A stretch of DNA of 63,615 bases, filler included, from Reticulomyxa filosa (lineage: Eukaryota; Protista; Foraminifera): assembly GCA_000512085.1 (NCBI GenBank). It is 19 parts of 19 records of this genome, joined end to end, with 100 filler letters (N's around TTAATTAATTAA, not from the genome) between each part and the next. Parts side by side here need not be neighbours in the genome. Positions count along the whole stretch, not along the records: positions 37,375 to 45,843 come from ASPP01011309.1; positions 45,944 to 47,088 come from ASPP01033813.1; positions 47,189 to 50,924 come from ASPP01020557.1; positions 51,025 to 53,539 come from ASPP01001615.1; 15 more parts are not named here. One strand, written 5' to 3'. This document shows positions 37,779 to 51,639 of the stretch, piece by piece (position 1 is the stretch's first letter; each line of letters starts with the position of its first letter). The notes beneath the pieces were generated by a model. The model did no database searches and was not told where the DNA came from. It saw nothing but the letters and a program-made list of their open reading frames with translations. Position numbers and translations under genes: made by a program.

Positions 37779-38648
37779 CTCTTTTTTGTTGGTTTGCTGA
37801 TACAATACTTTCGCTTGTCCAAATTTTTTGCAATTTTTTTTTTTTGCCACCTTGTCATAATCAAAAACAATATTTAAAAATTTTATACGTTTCATTGAAA
37901 AGAAAAAAAACCGGCTGTTGTATTCTTTTTTGTATTGTGTTTGCTTTTCATTTTTCTTTTCAAAATTGTTCCAAGTGTTTGAAAGTAAAATTTGTTTCTA
38001 CTACGTTGCTATTCTGAGTGTCTAATTTCTGCAAAAAAGATCTTATTTTGTTGGTGGACTGTTTTTTTTATTCTATTTTATTATATTTTTTTTATTGTCT
38101 TATTTTTTTTCGTGATGGGGATATAGTGTTTGTTGCTTACTTTCACCATTTTTATCATAATAGAACGAATTGGTAGACTTCAGTGCACAAAACAATCAAA
38201 TTTAATTTTACAATAGTAAAAAATTTGACAAATAAAACTAGCTCTGCTTTCTTCAGGTTTATTTGTTTTTGTTTGGAAAAAAATTCAAGTTATTTAAATG
38301 GAATGACGAGCGTTCTAACCTACTGGTAGACTAGTTCATCTGTAGACGGGAAAAATATGGAAGTTTCGATCCAAATAAACATCACGGCAAAACCACAATT
38401 TTTGAAACTTTTCATTTTTAGAAATTGTAACACTAATTTGGAGAATGGGTACTATCGCCCATTGTAGGTAAGCGCGCAAAGATTTGAAAAAACTGAACTG
38501 CAAAAAGACAAGGAATTGTGAAACTTTTGTTTTCATTTGCCAACAAGCAAAATGAAGAAAAACAAGACAGATTATACTGTGCAATGACAATAATAACACC
38601 TGAGGAAATATATCCTCAGTGCTCAATAATTAGAAAAATAACATCATA

Positions 38649-38930
38649 TCATGGATAAATGAGATTTTCTGAGTTTCTGAAGTGTTTTTTAAGTTCTTTT
38701 CTCCACCACTTTGGGCCCAGCCAGGCATTTTCTCTTTTGATCCATCTTCGCACGTGATTGACTGGTCTTTTTCCATGGTTTGCCTTAGTTGGAATTTTGC
38801 TGTTTCGTTGAGAGAACAGCAAACCTGTCCAAGGGATTAAACTTGGAGATGTAAATGGATTGATAATCCGCTGAATTAAAGCTGGAAATGGATGTGTCCA
38901 GAACGTCTGCGATAACATTAGAGTTGCCAT
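38649..38930 (-). CDS. Small basic protein, possibly organelle-targeted
   Basis: Clean 93-aa ATG ORF with an acid-free leader and the K/R-rich core RNSKIPTKANHGKRPVNHVRR. Confidence 0.5.
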   Translation of the reverse strand: MATLMLSQTFWTHPFPALIQRIINPFTSPSLIPWTGLLFSQRNSKIPTKANHGKRPVNHVRRWIKRENAWLGPKWWRKELKKHFRNSENLIYP

Positions 38931-39374
38931 TTGTTTTTATCTTGCTGACACCAATTTCTAAGAGAGAATATTTTGTTTGCACAAATTTTCAATAATTACG
39001 TTTTTTTGAGATTCTGTACACCCTTTGAACGTGTTTCAAACTTTTGCACGCTTCCTTACATATGAAATTTCCTTTTTTTTAAATTTTGTGAAGGGTCTAT
39101 TTATTTAAAAAATTATTTAGTGACACCTTCAGAACGGAGACAAAAAAATGATATTCCAAGAAATTTGTCTGAGGTCATTGTCTCCATCTATTCTGTAAAA
39201 CTGATATAATGAAAAAAAAGCTGTCTTACAAAATTGAAACAAATATAAAGTTTGTTTCATCAACAAAATGGAACCGACAATGACAAACTTAGAGGTTTGA
39301 AGAACAGTAAATAATAGAAAAAAAAGTTTATATAAATTTAAGCAATATTGACAACAAATAAAAGCACAAATAGT

Positions 39375-41564
39375 TCACACATTTTCTGGTTTGAATTTTA
39401 ATGTCGAGCGCTTTGATAAATTATTGAGAGAATTTTTTGGTTTTCTGGTTCCAAAATAGTCATTGATAGATAAGTCCATGTCGTCCACTACATTTGGAAT
39501 GGTTTTTTCATCTGTTTCTGCTATTTCACTTTGATCCATTTTTAACGGTAGCTTGTTTGCTTTTTGAGTTTCATTTATATTTAATGGGCGTTGTGAAGTA
39601 TTTTTTGAGTAATTCACCTCAGAAAACATCTTTTTCACCGTTCTTTGCACGGTTTTTTTTGGATTATTGCTCCCAGAACCAAACGGTGCCGGCATGTGCA
39701 ACCTTGATGCGCCAGTGCATGGATAAGTATTTGTCACTTGGCTTTGTGACAACAAGGTTGAGCCTGTGATAGCACTCGCTTTAGTTTTGTTATTACCATT
39801 ATTACTGTTGTCATTATTGCTGTTGCTGCTACGATGCACAAACGCATTTTCTCTTTCTTTTGCTTCTTGGGATGAAGTAGCAGGTCTCTTCTCATCGCAA
39901 ATGGCACAGCATTGCGCAAGAGCATCATTCAGATAGGTGCAAGCATCACAATTCCAAGAAAAGGGCTTTTGTTTATTTGGGTTTTGGGAAACATCTGAAT
40001 TCCAATTCGCACAAGCTGCTGTCGGTTTCAAATGGCCATTATTGCACTTCATCTCATTGTTGACAGTGCCACTTGATCTCTGATGAAAAGTGTCCCGTAC
40101 AGGACTTGTGTCCAACCTATCATTATCACCATCATCAATACTATCATCAAAGTGGTCGTTACTCAATCGCCTTTTTTTGGCCAGACCACGAGAGTAGCTG
40201 TCATCACTATTGCATCTCGAGTTCATAATATTCTCGTCATTGTCTTCCAACACTTCCAAGTCGGTCCCAAGTGACTCGCTTCGACTACGCTTCCGCTGTC
40301 CGCGTGCAAAGATTATACTCGCAAGGCGTTTATCCCCCATTACTTTTTTGTCGTTTGCTTCTCTCCTTTCTGCAGCCACATTGCTTTTTTTCACATTGTT
40401 AAAAAAGAACTGTAATACAAAAAAAAAAAAAAAAAGTAATACGAAAGGTTACGTGGAATTTTTTTTTACAAAAAGTAAAACAATAAAAACCGTGTTTCCA
40501 AAAAAAAAAATAAAATCCACCAATCAAAAAAGAGATAAAAAAACATATAAACCTGGTCGAAAGCACGATCGATTTTTGGAACGAGATCTTTTTTATTCTC
40601 TACGACGCATTCCCCATCGTCATCATCCTCGCAATAAGGATCATAATCGTCGGTGGAAATGATAAACTCGGAATCGCTTTCGGCACAATCAGGTATAGCT
40701 TCCCAATCCACGGTTGAACTTCTTCTCCTGGCCCTAGGTGAGTCTGCGTTAGCCAGCTCTGTATAGCTGTGCCTCCTTTCTTCCACTTCGTCGTCATCCA
40801 CGATAAAGTCCTTCAAGCTGTTCCGACGAGCGTGTTTTCTACGGTGTCGTTCTGCACTTTGTTGTTGTTGGGCTTGAATGCAACTAGGACAAAACCAGTT
40901 GTCCTCTTGGGGCACTTCTCTTTATTTTTTTATACGCATACAAACACGCAAACACATAGATGCACATATCACCTCAAATAGAGATGTTTTCAACCCGATA
41001 AAAAAAATTTTGTCACCCAACTAAAAAACATTTTTTCTCTTTTTTTTTTTTTTTACAAAATAAAATTTCTGAACACGACATTCTTTTACTAACCGTAAAT
41101 GAACACATAAGATGTGAAAATAGCCCTCACACCCATCGCAGATGAGCGTCGGGATATGGTCTTCCAACAGACCACATACTGAACAAAACCCTGGATCCTC
41201 TGAATTGTTGTTGTCGTTTTCTGCTAATGCTACATTGATTGCGTGGTTCGTCAGTTCGTCGTTCACATCGTCGGCTTTTTGTTCTTTCACCTTAACTTTT
41301 TGTTTCAATTTTCCCGTTCTTATATGAAAAAATGCTGCTTTACATAACGGACATGTATTTGTCACCTTTTTTTTTCAATTGTTTGTTTTTTTCTTCATTT
41401 AGGTTCCCGAAGAACGGTAAAAAAAAATTGATTATTCATCCAAGATTACTCACTTCCGACCAACGTTCGATGCAAAATTTATGAAATTTGTGAATGCATC
41501 CTGAAATCTCCGCTGGATTTGAGCCCAATAACTCAAGACAAATGCGGCAGTCCGCTGCATCCAT
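39375..41564 (-). CDS. RING + PHD + RanBP2-type zinc finger protein (PHRF1-like), multi-exon
   Basis: CRICL...CIHKFHKFCIERWSE|VTNTCPLCK (RING), CSVC...LICDGCEGYFHILC...WFCPSC (PHD) and WNCDACTYLN...CAICD. Confidence 0.85.
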
Positions 41565-44500
41565 TTTTTTTATTTCTCGTTTTTCAAAAGAGGTTTGCTA
41601 CGTCTGTTTTTTAACAAAGAAACCCCGACCTCTTGGGTTGCTGAGTCAAAACATCTGTCTTGGCAGATTTCTTTGCCAATAGGGATATATTGTCGCTCTA
41701 AAACAATATATTTTTTGCTTTGACATACCACACTAGTTTGCGAAAAATTGTCGCAGAACTTTTGTTCTTAAAAAAAACTTTAGTATGTTTTCGTCTTCTC
41801 CAGTCGCTGGAAATTTGCGGAGTTCTTCAACGCAACAACGTTATGATGAGATCCAATAAAAGTTGGTTTTCGAGCGTTTATTGCGAGAAGCAGACTTGGA
41901 CCGTACGATATTGTTGCAAGTGTTGAACGAGAGGCAAAGCAACGGCATGGACAAATTGAACAAGGCACAAACATTGCAAACAGTAGTAGCAATAACAAGA
42001 CAGCGTATGCCGAAAGACACCAAGCAAAAAAGAAGCAGAAGCAGACGAAGATGAATACGAAAATAAACAAGAAAACAGAGGCAGAGACAAAAATCCAGAA
42101 GGCAAGTCGCAACATCTTCTTACACAGACACAGATCCATTTCCATCGAGACAGCACAAGGTTGCGTTTATTGGCAATATACTTGAAATTTTTTAATTGCA
42201 TGCAAAACAATCTTTTGCAGTTACCTTTTTTTTTATAATAATAAATAAATTATTCATTTATTTATTGTTATTATTACTCCTTTTTTTAACAAGTTTTTTA
42301 GTATAATTTTTTAATGTTTTCGTTTTGAAAAACATGTTTTTTGATCTGGAAGATTGTTGCGAAATATGCTTGAGTTCGAAGTCGTTATATTACAATTTTA
42401 CAGGACAAAATTTTTAATGCAGTTGATTGGAACACCAGGCGCCTAGAACACTCATCAGTCGAAGCAATATCCAAGCAAGTGTAAGTAACTATATACGTAC
42501 AATCAAGTTCGAGGAAGTTAGCACCAACACCATGGTCTCCCGGCGCGTGCAGCCTAAGCATGACGATATCTACAAGCATTTTATGCAGCAACTGTAAATG
42601 TTTATCGCGCAATCATAGCAAGACCGAGACAAATTGTAAGATCGCTTTAAATCAGGTTGACTAAAACTATAGGATATAGAGTCGATGCAAGCGATGTAAT
42701 AAATGATAACAATAACATAATTAATAATAATAAATATTACTAGTAGATAATATTTGTATTATTGTTGTAATATTTATTATTATTAATTATTTATTGTTAT
42801 CATTTATTGTTGTGTTTTTTTTTTTATATGCAAATGAATACTGAACTTTATGCAAGGTTCGAAAATGGGAAATTGAGCAGAAGTTGAATGACAATGGACT
42901 GTATAAACATAGATTGCGTGATAAAATAAGTAATTACGAGAACGAACTGAAACGTTTGGCGACGGAAATTTGTAAGCTGAAGCAAACGTCAAGATCAGTA
43001 AGTGCAAATGCAGAGCAAGTACAAAGTACATAGCGATTTGACGGCAATCAAGCGTGGATCAATAATAAAAATTTCAACAACTAGGCTCCTTAAGGCGCTT
43101 TCAATAAAAGAACATTTTTTATTTTTGGCTATGTGATATCGCTGCGTTTGTATTTAGTCGAGATTTTTTTAAATTTTTTTTTCGAAAAACATAATCATAG
43201 TGTATTTGAATACAATTATGTGCTGTCACTTTTGTCCATTGTTAGTTGTGATTGTTTGTTATCAGGTATCGTTTAAAAAAATTACCGCTTTTGTCCTATT
43301 AATGAAAATGCTTTCGCTCATGCAAATAAATTGTATTACAATAATAAAGAAATTTTTAAAACAAACATCAAGATTGCTTATTTTTTTGTTTGCTATAGGA
43401 GAGAAATCGAGATCAACGTTACAAAAACGCACTTTAGTTTTTTTTTGACTGACAGATTTTTATCCAAAAAAAAAAGGACCAGATTTTAAAGATGTTTTTA
43501 ATTGCATCTTTAGGGCAATGAAAATTTTCCTTTGTTCAAGAGGAAATCAGCTTGTATTTACTTCGATGGATATTTATGAATATCAATTAAAGATGTTCTG
43601 TTTACAAAAAAAATCTTCTAAAAAAAAACGTAGAATACGTGTTAACTCGGCGTGTGCATGTGTTTTCAAACATAAATACATGGACGCAATAAATTATTTA
43701 CAATATAATAAAATTACTTTCTTTTGGACGATGCAAAGGGATTCACATTGATGTGAGAAATAGATTCGAGCTATCAATTCCGTTACTAATCTTGAATGTA
43801 CGAAACATTTTTGCATTTTTAATAGACTAATCATGAAAAAAAACTTATCTACATTGAAAAAAAAATGACTAAAAGAAATACTAATGTGTAGATCAGGGCC
43901 TTAACAGTGTAAAGGAAAGTTCTTGCGTAACCTAGGAAACACCTTTTTTACAACAACTTACTTACCTTTTTTTCCGACTTCCTTTATTCTCTTGTTGTTG
44001 TTATTGTCGTTGTTGTTCATATTAAAATAAAATTGAAAATATATCTTACACACGGTGCAATATGAAATGAATGCAAACCGCAAAAATACGTTAAGTAAAG
44101 TTTATTTAAAATTTACTAAACTGATATAATTCTTCAAATTATGTTACAAATTATCTTTAATAAACCTGTAATCAAGAATTTTAAATGTAAATATATTCTA
44201 GTTATATCAGCAAAAACTAATTAACACGTTGTAAGCTTATATAATATTTGCAATAAGTAATAAACAGATATGAGACTAAACATGAGCTTTCATACAAGAT
44301 AAATGCTGAACTTATCGTAACAACAGTTAATCAAACTATACTGATCGATCAAAAAAAGAGAAACAAATACCAACAAAAGTAACAATAAATAGATTGTATA
44401 TATTACTACACTACATTATTCGAAATTCGTATCAAACGCAAAAATATTTCAAGTGGCATACAAATAGACTTCAAGCTAACTAATATTATTATTAACACAA

Positions 44501-45176
44501 GATAAATAACATTACAAAATTCAAATAGCTTATGGTAGAATCAATAATTGTATGAATCTGGCAACAAAGAAGCATGTACCAGATAAGAAGAACATGAATT
44601 TGCAATTCTCTTGCGGAGAAAATGGTTTATTGATACTTTGAATTGTTACTGTTTTGGTCTTTCATTATTAAGCATTATCAACAATGTTTCTTTTTTCTTC
44701 GCTGTATATCTTTTTTCCCATAAACGTCGTGTTGTGTATTCTTAAATTACATGCAATCTTACACTTTATGCACTATTCTGTTTAATTGTCTGACGTTAGC
44801 CAATTAACACGTGCATTACTAGAAGTCCGTCGACAGAAACATTGACAAGACATAGTAAGGGGCTACATTTTAACAATAATTCTGATTTATCATGCCTTCA
44901 CTGCCAGTGACTCCAACAAGTGATAACGGTAAATATTCTGTTTAACGAAATATTTCACTGTCAACTATATAGACAAGATAAAAAAATGTGTATAGACGAA
45001 GACGAAGAAAATCAATGGGACGCTGCCGAAGCGGCACAAGAAAATGTTGCTGTTCACACACTATAAACACAAAATAATTTTTTTTTGGAGCAATTTCTTT
45101 CACTTTTTTTCTCCCTCCCCCCCCCTCTCCTTTGACGTTCCGTCCAACACTCACGCTTTTTTTTTTTTAATTAACC

Positions 45177-45681
45177 TTGGAGGGGGTAACAAAAAAGGAT
45201 GACAATAAGTCTGAAACAAAGATGGAAAAAGACGAAAAGAACGACGAGAAGGAAAAGGACAACGACGAAATAATTTATATGGACGACAATACCAATGAGA
45301 AAGGCAACGACCAAGAGAAGGGGAAAGACAATAATAAAGAAGGAAAAGAAGAGGAAACCAAAGAGAAAGAAACAGATAAAGACAAAGAGAAAGACAAAGA
45401 GAAAGAGAAAGAAAAAGCGCAAGTAAGTGAAAATGATGACAAAGCGAAACCGAAAGCGAAAATGACGACAGACGATGAGGATGAGACGGAGTCACAAAAA
45501 AAGGGTCACTCATCCAGTGAAGAGGGAACAAGCAAGAACGAGGATGGAGATGTAGATGCAGATGAAGACGAAGATGAAAATAAGAATGAAAAGGAGAAGG
45601 AGACAAGTGAGGAGGATTCAGACGAGAGTGTTACAAAACGGCAAAAGAAGGAAAAAATGGAACAGCAGCAACAACAGCAGC

Positions 45682-45714
<33 letters not shown>

Positions 45715-45843
45715 ACAATGCGAAAAATAAGCAATGGAAGACATACTCGAATATTCCAGTCCAAATGGCCTGGAAATATCCAGTAACCTATTCCAAACAA
45801 AAATTCAAAAAATATGGAACCAGGTTTGACTTTGTTATGAGAA
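45177..45843 (+). CDS. Exon of a K/E/D-rich low-complexity protein with poly-Gln, 3'-truncated
   Basis: Long open charged frame. The (CAG/CAA)n tract at about 45663-45713 encodes poly-Q. Confidence 0.6.
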
Positions 45844-46649
45844 NNNNNNNNNNNNNNNNNNNNNNNNNNNNNNNNNNNNNNNNNNNNTTAATTAATTAAN
45901 NNNNNNNNNNNNNNNNNNNNNNNNNNNNNNNNNNNNNNNNNNNTAGATAGAAAGCATTGAACAAGAAATCAATTCGGAATCTCGTTTTTTATGCTATCAT
46001 TAGAAAATTTTGTCAACACAAGACATATCAAACCGTATTGCATTAGCAGCATCAAAATACTCAAAACATGAAAATGTTAAAGTGATAACAGTGTGTATTA
46101 TCAAGAATATCTCCTTCTGAGTCAAAATTCAAAAAATTGCACTCATTCAATATATCAGGAATAGTTTGTTTAGATATGTTCAGAATTGAAGTGCACAAAT
46201 CACTTGTATTTACAAAAAGAATAAATTTCAGATAGACATTACATTACCTTCATTTAATCATTGATATTTACAAATTTAATTACTTGTAAAAATATTTTCT
46301 TTGAATAAGTTATCAAATACGAGATTAAGTTATCTTTCTCTTGCAAACATTATTTACGACATTCAATAAGCAAAAAATATTATATTGATTATTTGATTAT
46401 AATTGATACAAAACGCAAGTGTAAACTATTGTCAATTATTAGTAGTGTATCCTTCATTTTCATCAACTTGCAACTGCTTCTCTTTCACGTTTAAATTATT
46501 GTTTTGCTTAATTTGAAAAAAAAAATAACAGAGATATTCAAATTAAATATTCATAAGTATTTCTTTAGACAAAAAAAGAAGTTAATAATTTGTGTATTAT
46601 TTTACTTTTGTTTTTTTCATCTGAGTTACAATAACAAAATACAAAATAG

Positions 46650-47088
46650 CTGACGACACATGTGAAAATGGATAAAAGAAAAATATTGACAAAATGAAAA
46701 ACAGCATTTGAGGGACTCCTTTGTCAAAATTATTATTGTTTAGAATGAAAAGACATTCAAAAAATTAGAAATGAAAATGTAAGATTTGAATTGGTCAATA
46801 TGGAAGGTAACATTATTAGATGTGAAAAGAAAATTTAAAAAGAACAAACCTTCATTTAAAATAATTTGGACTCCATTTCAACCAATGATAATTGGATAAA
46901 CGAAAACAATTAAAAATGCATTGGTGACGATGGATATATTGATAACACAAAATGGCCTGATCTTCCAAATATGAAAGAGAATTAAATTATGAGTTTAAAT
47001 GCAATCAATCTCCAGAAATGACAAAACAATTATAAAACATGAATTTCACGAAAATACTAAAAAATATGATGAATTGATATATAATAAT
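46650..47088 (+). pseudogene. Decayed caspase-like (peptidase C14 fold) family remnant
   Basis: Broken fragments KTIKNALV, DNTKWPDLPN, SPEMTKQ and NTKKYDELI occur in the order expected before the catalytic His-Gly strand. Confidence 0.45.
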
Positions 47089-47188
47089 NNNNNNNNNNNN
47101 NNNNNNNNNNNNNNNNNNNNNNNNNNNNNNNNTTAATTAATTAANNNNNNNNNNNNNNNNNNNNNNNNNNNNNNNNNNNNNNNNNNNN

Positions 47189-47570
47189 ATCATGGGATAA
47201 AAGTGTTCGTTTGTGGGATATTCGATCTGATCGACAAATTCAAGTATTCGATGGACATATAGGCATTGTGAATGTTGTCGAATATTCACCATTTGTAGTA
47301 GATAATATCGAAATTGGTGGTAATTCAAATGTGATATGTTCTGGATCAGATGATAATACAATTCGATTTTGGGATATTCGATCAAATAGTAGTGAATTAT
47401 ATTTATTCAATGGAGATCAGAAAGAAGATAAAGGAATAATGTGTTTTAAATTTGTATCATTGAAAAAAAAAAGAAAGAATAATGAACAAAAATCAAGTGA
47501 TTGTTGTGTTAGTTTATGTTATGGTTCAGCAGGAGGTTTAATTCATGTTGGAATGAAAACACATGAATAA
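47189..47570 (+). CDS. C-terminus of a WD40-repeat protein
   Basis: VRLWDIRS..QIQVFDGH..VNVVEYSPF...VICSGSDDNTIRFWDIRS. Confidence 0.85.
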
Positions 47571-48554
47571 GGTTTTTTGTGAAATGAAAAATTGTCGATT
47601 TACATTTTCTAATTCATTCATTTTAAAATGTAGAGTGTTAAACATATCATCGTTGATTACATACAATTAATTCTTGTTGAATTGTACCCAATGATTCAGA
47701 AGATATAACATTTAAAATAAAAAGATATACATTTTAAGTGAAGTGCATGTAGTGATTAATGAAAGCAATATTCATTTGTGTTAATTATTTCTTGTCCATT
47801 TTCTGAATTTAAATAACAAAGAAAAGAAAATATATAAAAAATAATGAAATGCTGTTGTATAAAGGTAATACAGGATTATCAATTGAATATGATGAATATT
47901 TGCATATGTTGATATTAATAATGTTGTCTTATTCTTTGATGAATTCCAAAAAAATTAAAAAGTTTGCTAGACAAAATATGAACATTTTATAGCTTTATTG
48001 TGTGTTCTACAATTCTTTTTAATTAAATAATGGTGACATATTTTTTAAAACTATTCTTCTATTGTTCATTTCTAAGCAATTTGACTTTGTGTATATTACC
48101 ATAAAACAAATCCAAAAAATAGCTATAACACAGATTTTGTGACCTGTTCAATTCACAATGAAACGTTTATTGCATTTGACTCAAAGTTTAGAATCTTTTT
48201 TTGTAAAATTTATCATCACACAGCCAGTACAAAGATGCTAAAACTTTGCCTTATGAAGTTTAAAATATATGTATAAAAAACAATAACAAAAAATAGAAGT
48301 GAAATTGTTCAACTCATGTTATTTTATGTTTAAATCAAAATAATCTGTTTGATATTGAATATATATGTATATATTTTGTCAGTATTTTGAGTTTATTCAT
48401 ATTGGTCTTGCATTATATCAAATGTTTTTTTATCATTGACAGCTAACTTTTTTTAAAAAAAATCAATATAAATTAATAAAAATGTATACATCTTGATTAA
48501 AAACTGTTAAAATCTTACAGAAAAGTATAGAGTTGGGAGAGAATAAGAGTGTGA

Positions 48555-49443
48555 TCAATCCTGAAAAGATTGGAACCAAAGCTCATAAGCAGCAATCTGA
48601 AACAAAAAATCGACATTCATTCCAGTTTTTGCCGAAGTTTCAACATAACAAAGATTGTTCCGTTTACAAAAGTCAATGACAAAGTCCAAATTTGTTTTAT
48701 ATTTGTCCATGCTGCCACTCAAATCAACTTTCGTTCCTGCGATTATTACGGGTATTTTTTTCGTACGATGAACAATCGATAAATAGCTGTTGATGGCATC
48801 TTCTGGAGTATATGGTCCGGATATATTATATACAATGATCACACAGTCAGCTTCTCTGACCCACGATTCATACATCGAAGGCAGTTCTTCTCTTGCTGCT
48901 GTGTCCAGAATATAGAGTGAACACCGCGCGCTTTCGTTCAATATACATGTTTTGTTATACGAATCCGATATCGTTGGATCATATTCATCTAAAAAATTGT
49001 CGGTGACTGATCGAATTACCAGAGCCGATTTGCCCGAACCTCCATATCCCATCACTGAAATACGTATCGCTTTGTTACTCCTTTTTTTTAAAAAAAAAAA
49101 AGATATTGCTCTGATTGAAAAAAGATAGAGTGACATGAAAAAAAAAGTGTAACCTTAGCCAATCTTCAGATATGTAATAATCATTCGCATTGTTGATATC
49201 ATAAAGGTTTGGGCGAGTTAGGCGGTGATATGCTTGGTAGTCATTGTGCTCTCCTAATATCTCCAAAAAAACTGTCAGCACATCTTGTATAATGTTATGA
49301 CGGGAAAACGCTTCTTCAACTGCAGCTTTATGTTCTTGTGTAAAATTCCAACCTGTCGACCAAAGCTGTAATTGCAAAGGAAAATCCTGTTTTCTCCTTG
49401 TCTCAACAAAAACTGGTTTTTGTTTTTTGATAATATTTCCCAT
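48555..49443 (-). CDS. Ras-like small GTPase with a roughly 100-aa N-terminal extension and no CAAX (2 exons)
   Basis: G1 GYGGSGKS, effector loop YDPTISDSY, G3 DTAARE, G4 TKVD and G5 ETSAK. Intron 49081-49153 joins the MGNIIK exon in frame. Confidence 0.9.
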
Positions 49444-50180
49444 GCTTTTTTCTCTTTCCCTTTGGCAAAAAAAAAAACTTGGTAGGCTTTGTTTGTTGCT
49501 GTAAAAAAATATCTTGTTAAAAATTTTTATCCAGATTTCATTTGTTTTGGTTGAGCTATTTTTGCACAAGATTTGAAGAAATTTTTGTCAATTTGAACTA
49601 TATCATGTTTTACATATTTTATTTTCTTTCTTGCAAAATACAATAATTACTTCACATGCCGTAATTTCATTTTATAATATTCCCTCATATTACTTACACA
49701 TTTATTCCTGCATAGTGCATGATGACAATGTAATTTTTGCATAACTTCTTTCATATGTCTTTTATTAAGTAAGTCTTGATTGTTCCCTCCTCAATCAAAA
49801 TCAATTTATTTCAAAAAATTATCTTTTTACTAAATCGTACACAATACAAGGAATGCTCAAACTTTAGAACTACCCATAAAAAAGCCTTTAACACTTGCCA
49901 AGGAAATTTTAAACTCCTCTTTAAAAATAGTGCTACTTCTTTGAATAGTAAGCACGAAACTAATGAAAACAAAAATACAGTTGCTTTTCCCTTTTTACTA
50001 TTGTTAATGTTTGATGTTATTTTTGCTTTAAATCGCTTATTCCGAACACAGCCATTACAAGGATGTGCGAACAAAACAGCCAAACAACAACAAAACCAAT
50101 TTACTGTGAAAATTAAAACCTAAGAACAACAACACCAAAAAAACAAAAACATCTGAAGTGTTTTATATGTTCACATAAAA

Positions 50181-50747
50181 TTAAAGATCATGGCACACAG
50201 CCACGGCAGGATCATGTAAACTCGAGGCAACCAGTGTATTTTGGTAATGGGCACAGCCACTACTCGTGGACAATAGCTCTCCATTGGACTGCATGAGTAT
50301 TTCATAGGTATCAGAAAAGCCCTTGGGGACCCGAATTAATCGTGTGTGAGCTTTCGCCTTAGGATAGTTCCATCCTGCCCATAAAAAGCTTAAAGGCTTG
50401 GGATAGCAAGAAGCATACAAATCACCGGTCTGAGAGTCAATGTTGATATTATCGCAAGGGGCCCGAGTATGTATCACGTTTTTCTGTGTTAACTCGTTGG
50501 ATTTCCCGTTACGATTATACACAAAAATTTCGCTCGTTCCAGGACTAACCACAAGCACGTTTTGTTTGTCAAGCGACAAAGCAACACCATTGGCACCAGT
50601 GAAGCCTTCGGCCACACGTCGGCAATCGATGGTATGTATCAAAGAGTCTACGGTCTTATCACCTGTTTTGTCCTTTTCACGCTTTAAAGACAATGGCTTT
50701 GTTTTCTCTCCACAAACCAACAAATGAGACCATTTCGACTTTGTCAA
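50181..50747 (-). CDS. Paraoxonase/arylesterase-like beta-propeller, last exon
   Basis: VAEGFTGANGVALSLDK and PCDNINIDSQTGDLYASCYP parallel PON-family motifs. Confidence 0.8.
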   Translation of the reverse strand: MTKSKWSHLLVCGEKTKPLSLKREKDKTGDKTVDSLIHTIDCRRVAEGFTGANGVALSLDKQNVLVVSPGTSEIFVYNRNGKSNELTQKNVIHTRAPCDNINIDSQTGDLYASCYPKPLSFLWAGWNYPKAKAHTRLIRVPKGFSDTYEILMQSNGELLSTSSGCAHYQNTLVASSLHDPAVAVCHDL

Positions 50748-51639
50748 TATTTCTCGTGCTCCTTCTAAGCTGCCAGGCTTTTTTTGTTGTTTATTGTTTG
50801 TTGTTTTTTGATTGGTTGCGTTTTCGTTTTACACTAAGTGATATCACTCGCCCAATTTTTTTTAGGGGTCAAAAGTCGACAAAAAAAAAAAAACGCAAAA
50901 AAAAAAAAAAAAAAAAAAAAAAAANNNNNNNNNNNNNNNNNNNNNNNNNNNNNNNNNNNNNNNNNNNNTTAATTAATTAANNNNNNNNNNNNNNNNNNNN
51001 NNNNNNNNNNNNNNNNNNNNNNNNTTACATTTAGTACAACATCTTCCAGCTGACGTCCCAAATTTGATTCAATCATTTACACAAGTTAATCTTTGTTTCA
51101 TCTGAAAAATAACTTTTTTACAACAATATACTGTCAAATGTTTGTACATTATTGCAAATCGATTTTTATCTTGATACTGCTATATTCTAAATTTGACTTT
51201 TTCTTCTTAGTTACTGCATTTAAACTATTTCAAAAAATCAAAAAAATATTTTTTTATATTTTAAAAACAGACTATTTTTAAATGTTTATTTTACATTGAG
51301 AAATTGTATCTCTTAATGTGTGGAATTTAAGTATAATAATTTTTTCTGCAATCCACTGTACAATATATGAAGAAAACTAAATCGCAAGGCATTGACAATT
51401 ATATCAGTAACATCAAACATACATTAAATACTTTTGAGTAGCCAGCATGCTGATTGAAAATAAATTACTTTTTCTTGTTGGAATTGTACATAAACTTCTT
51501 TCAAGTTGATAGTCACAGCGCCACCAATCGATACAATGCCTTAAAAGAAAAAAAACCAAGAAACAAAAATTGCTTTGGTATTTGTTCCTTCCATGAATAA
51601 AAGGTCTTTTCCTTTTGTTTTTCAACGTTCAATTGCAAG

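Noticed and set aside
41780-43050. Short ORFs in GC-elevated patches
   Set aside because: They look like decayed coding or repeat fragments, but I could not recognise any family.
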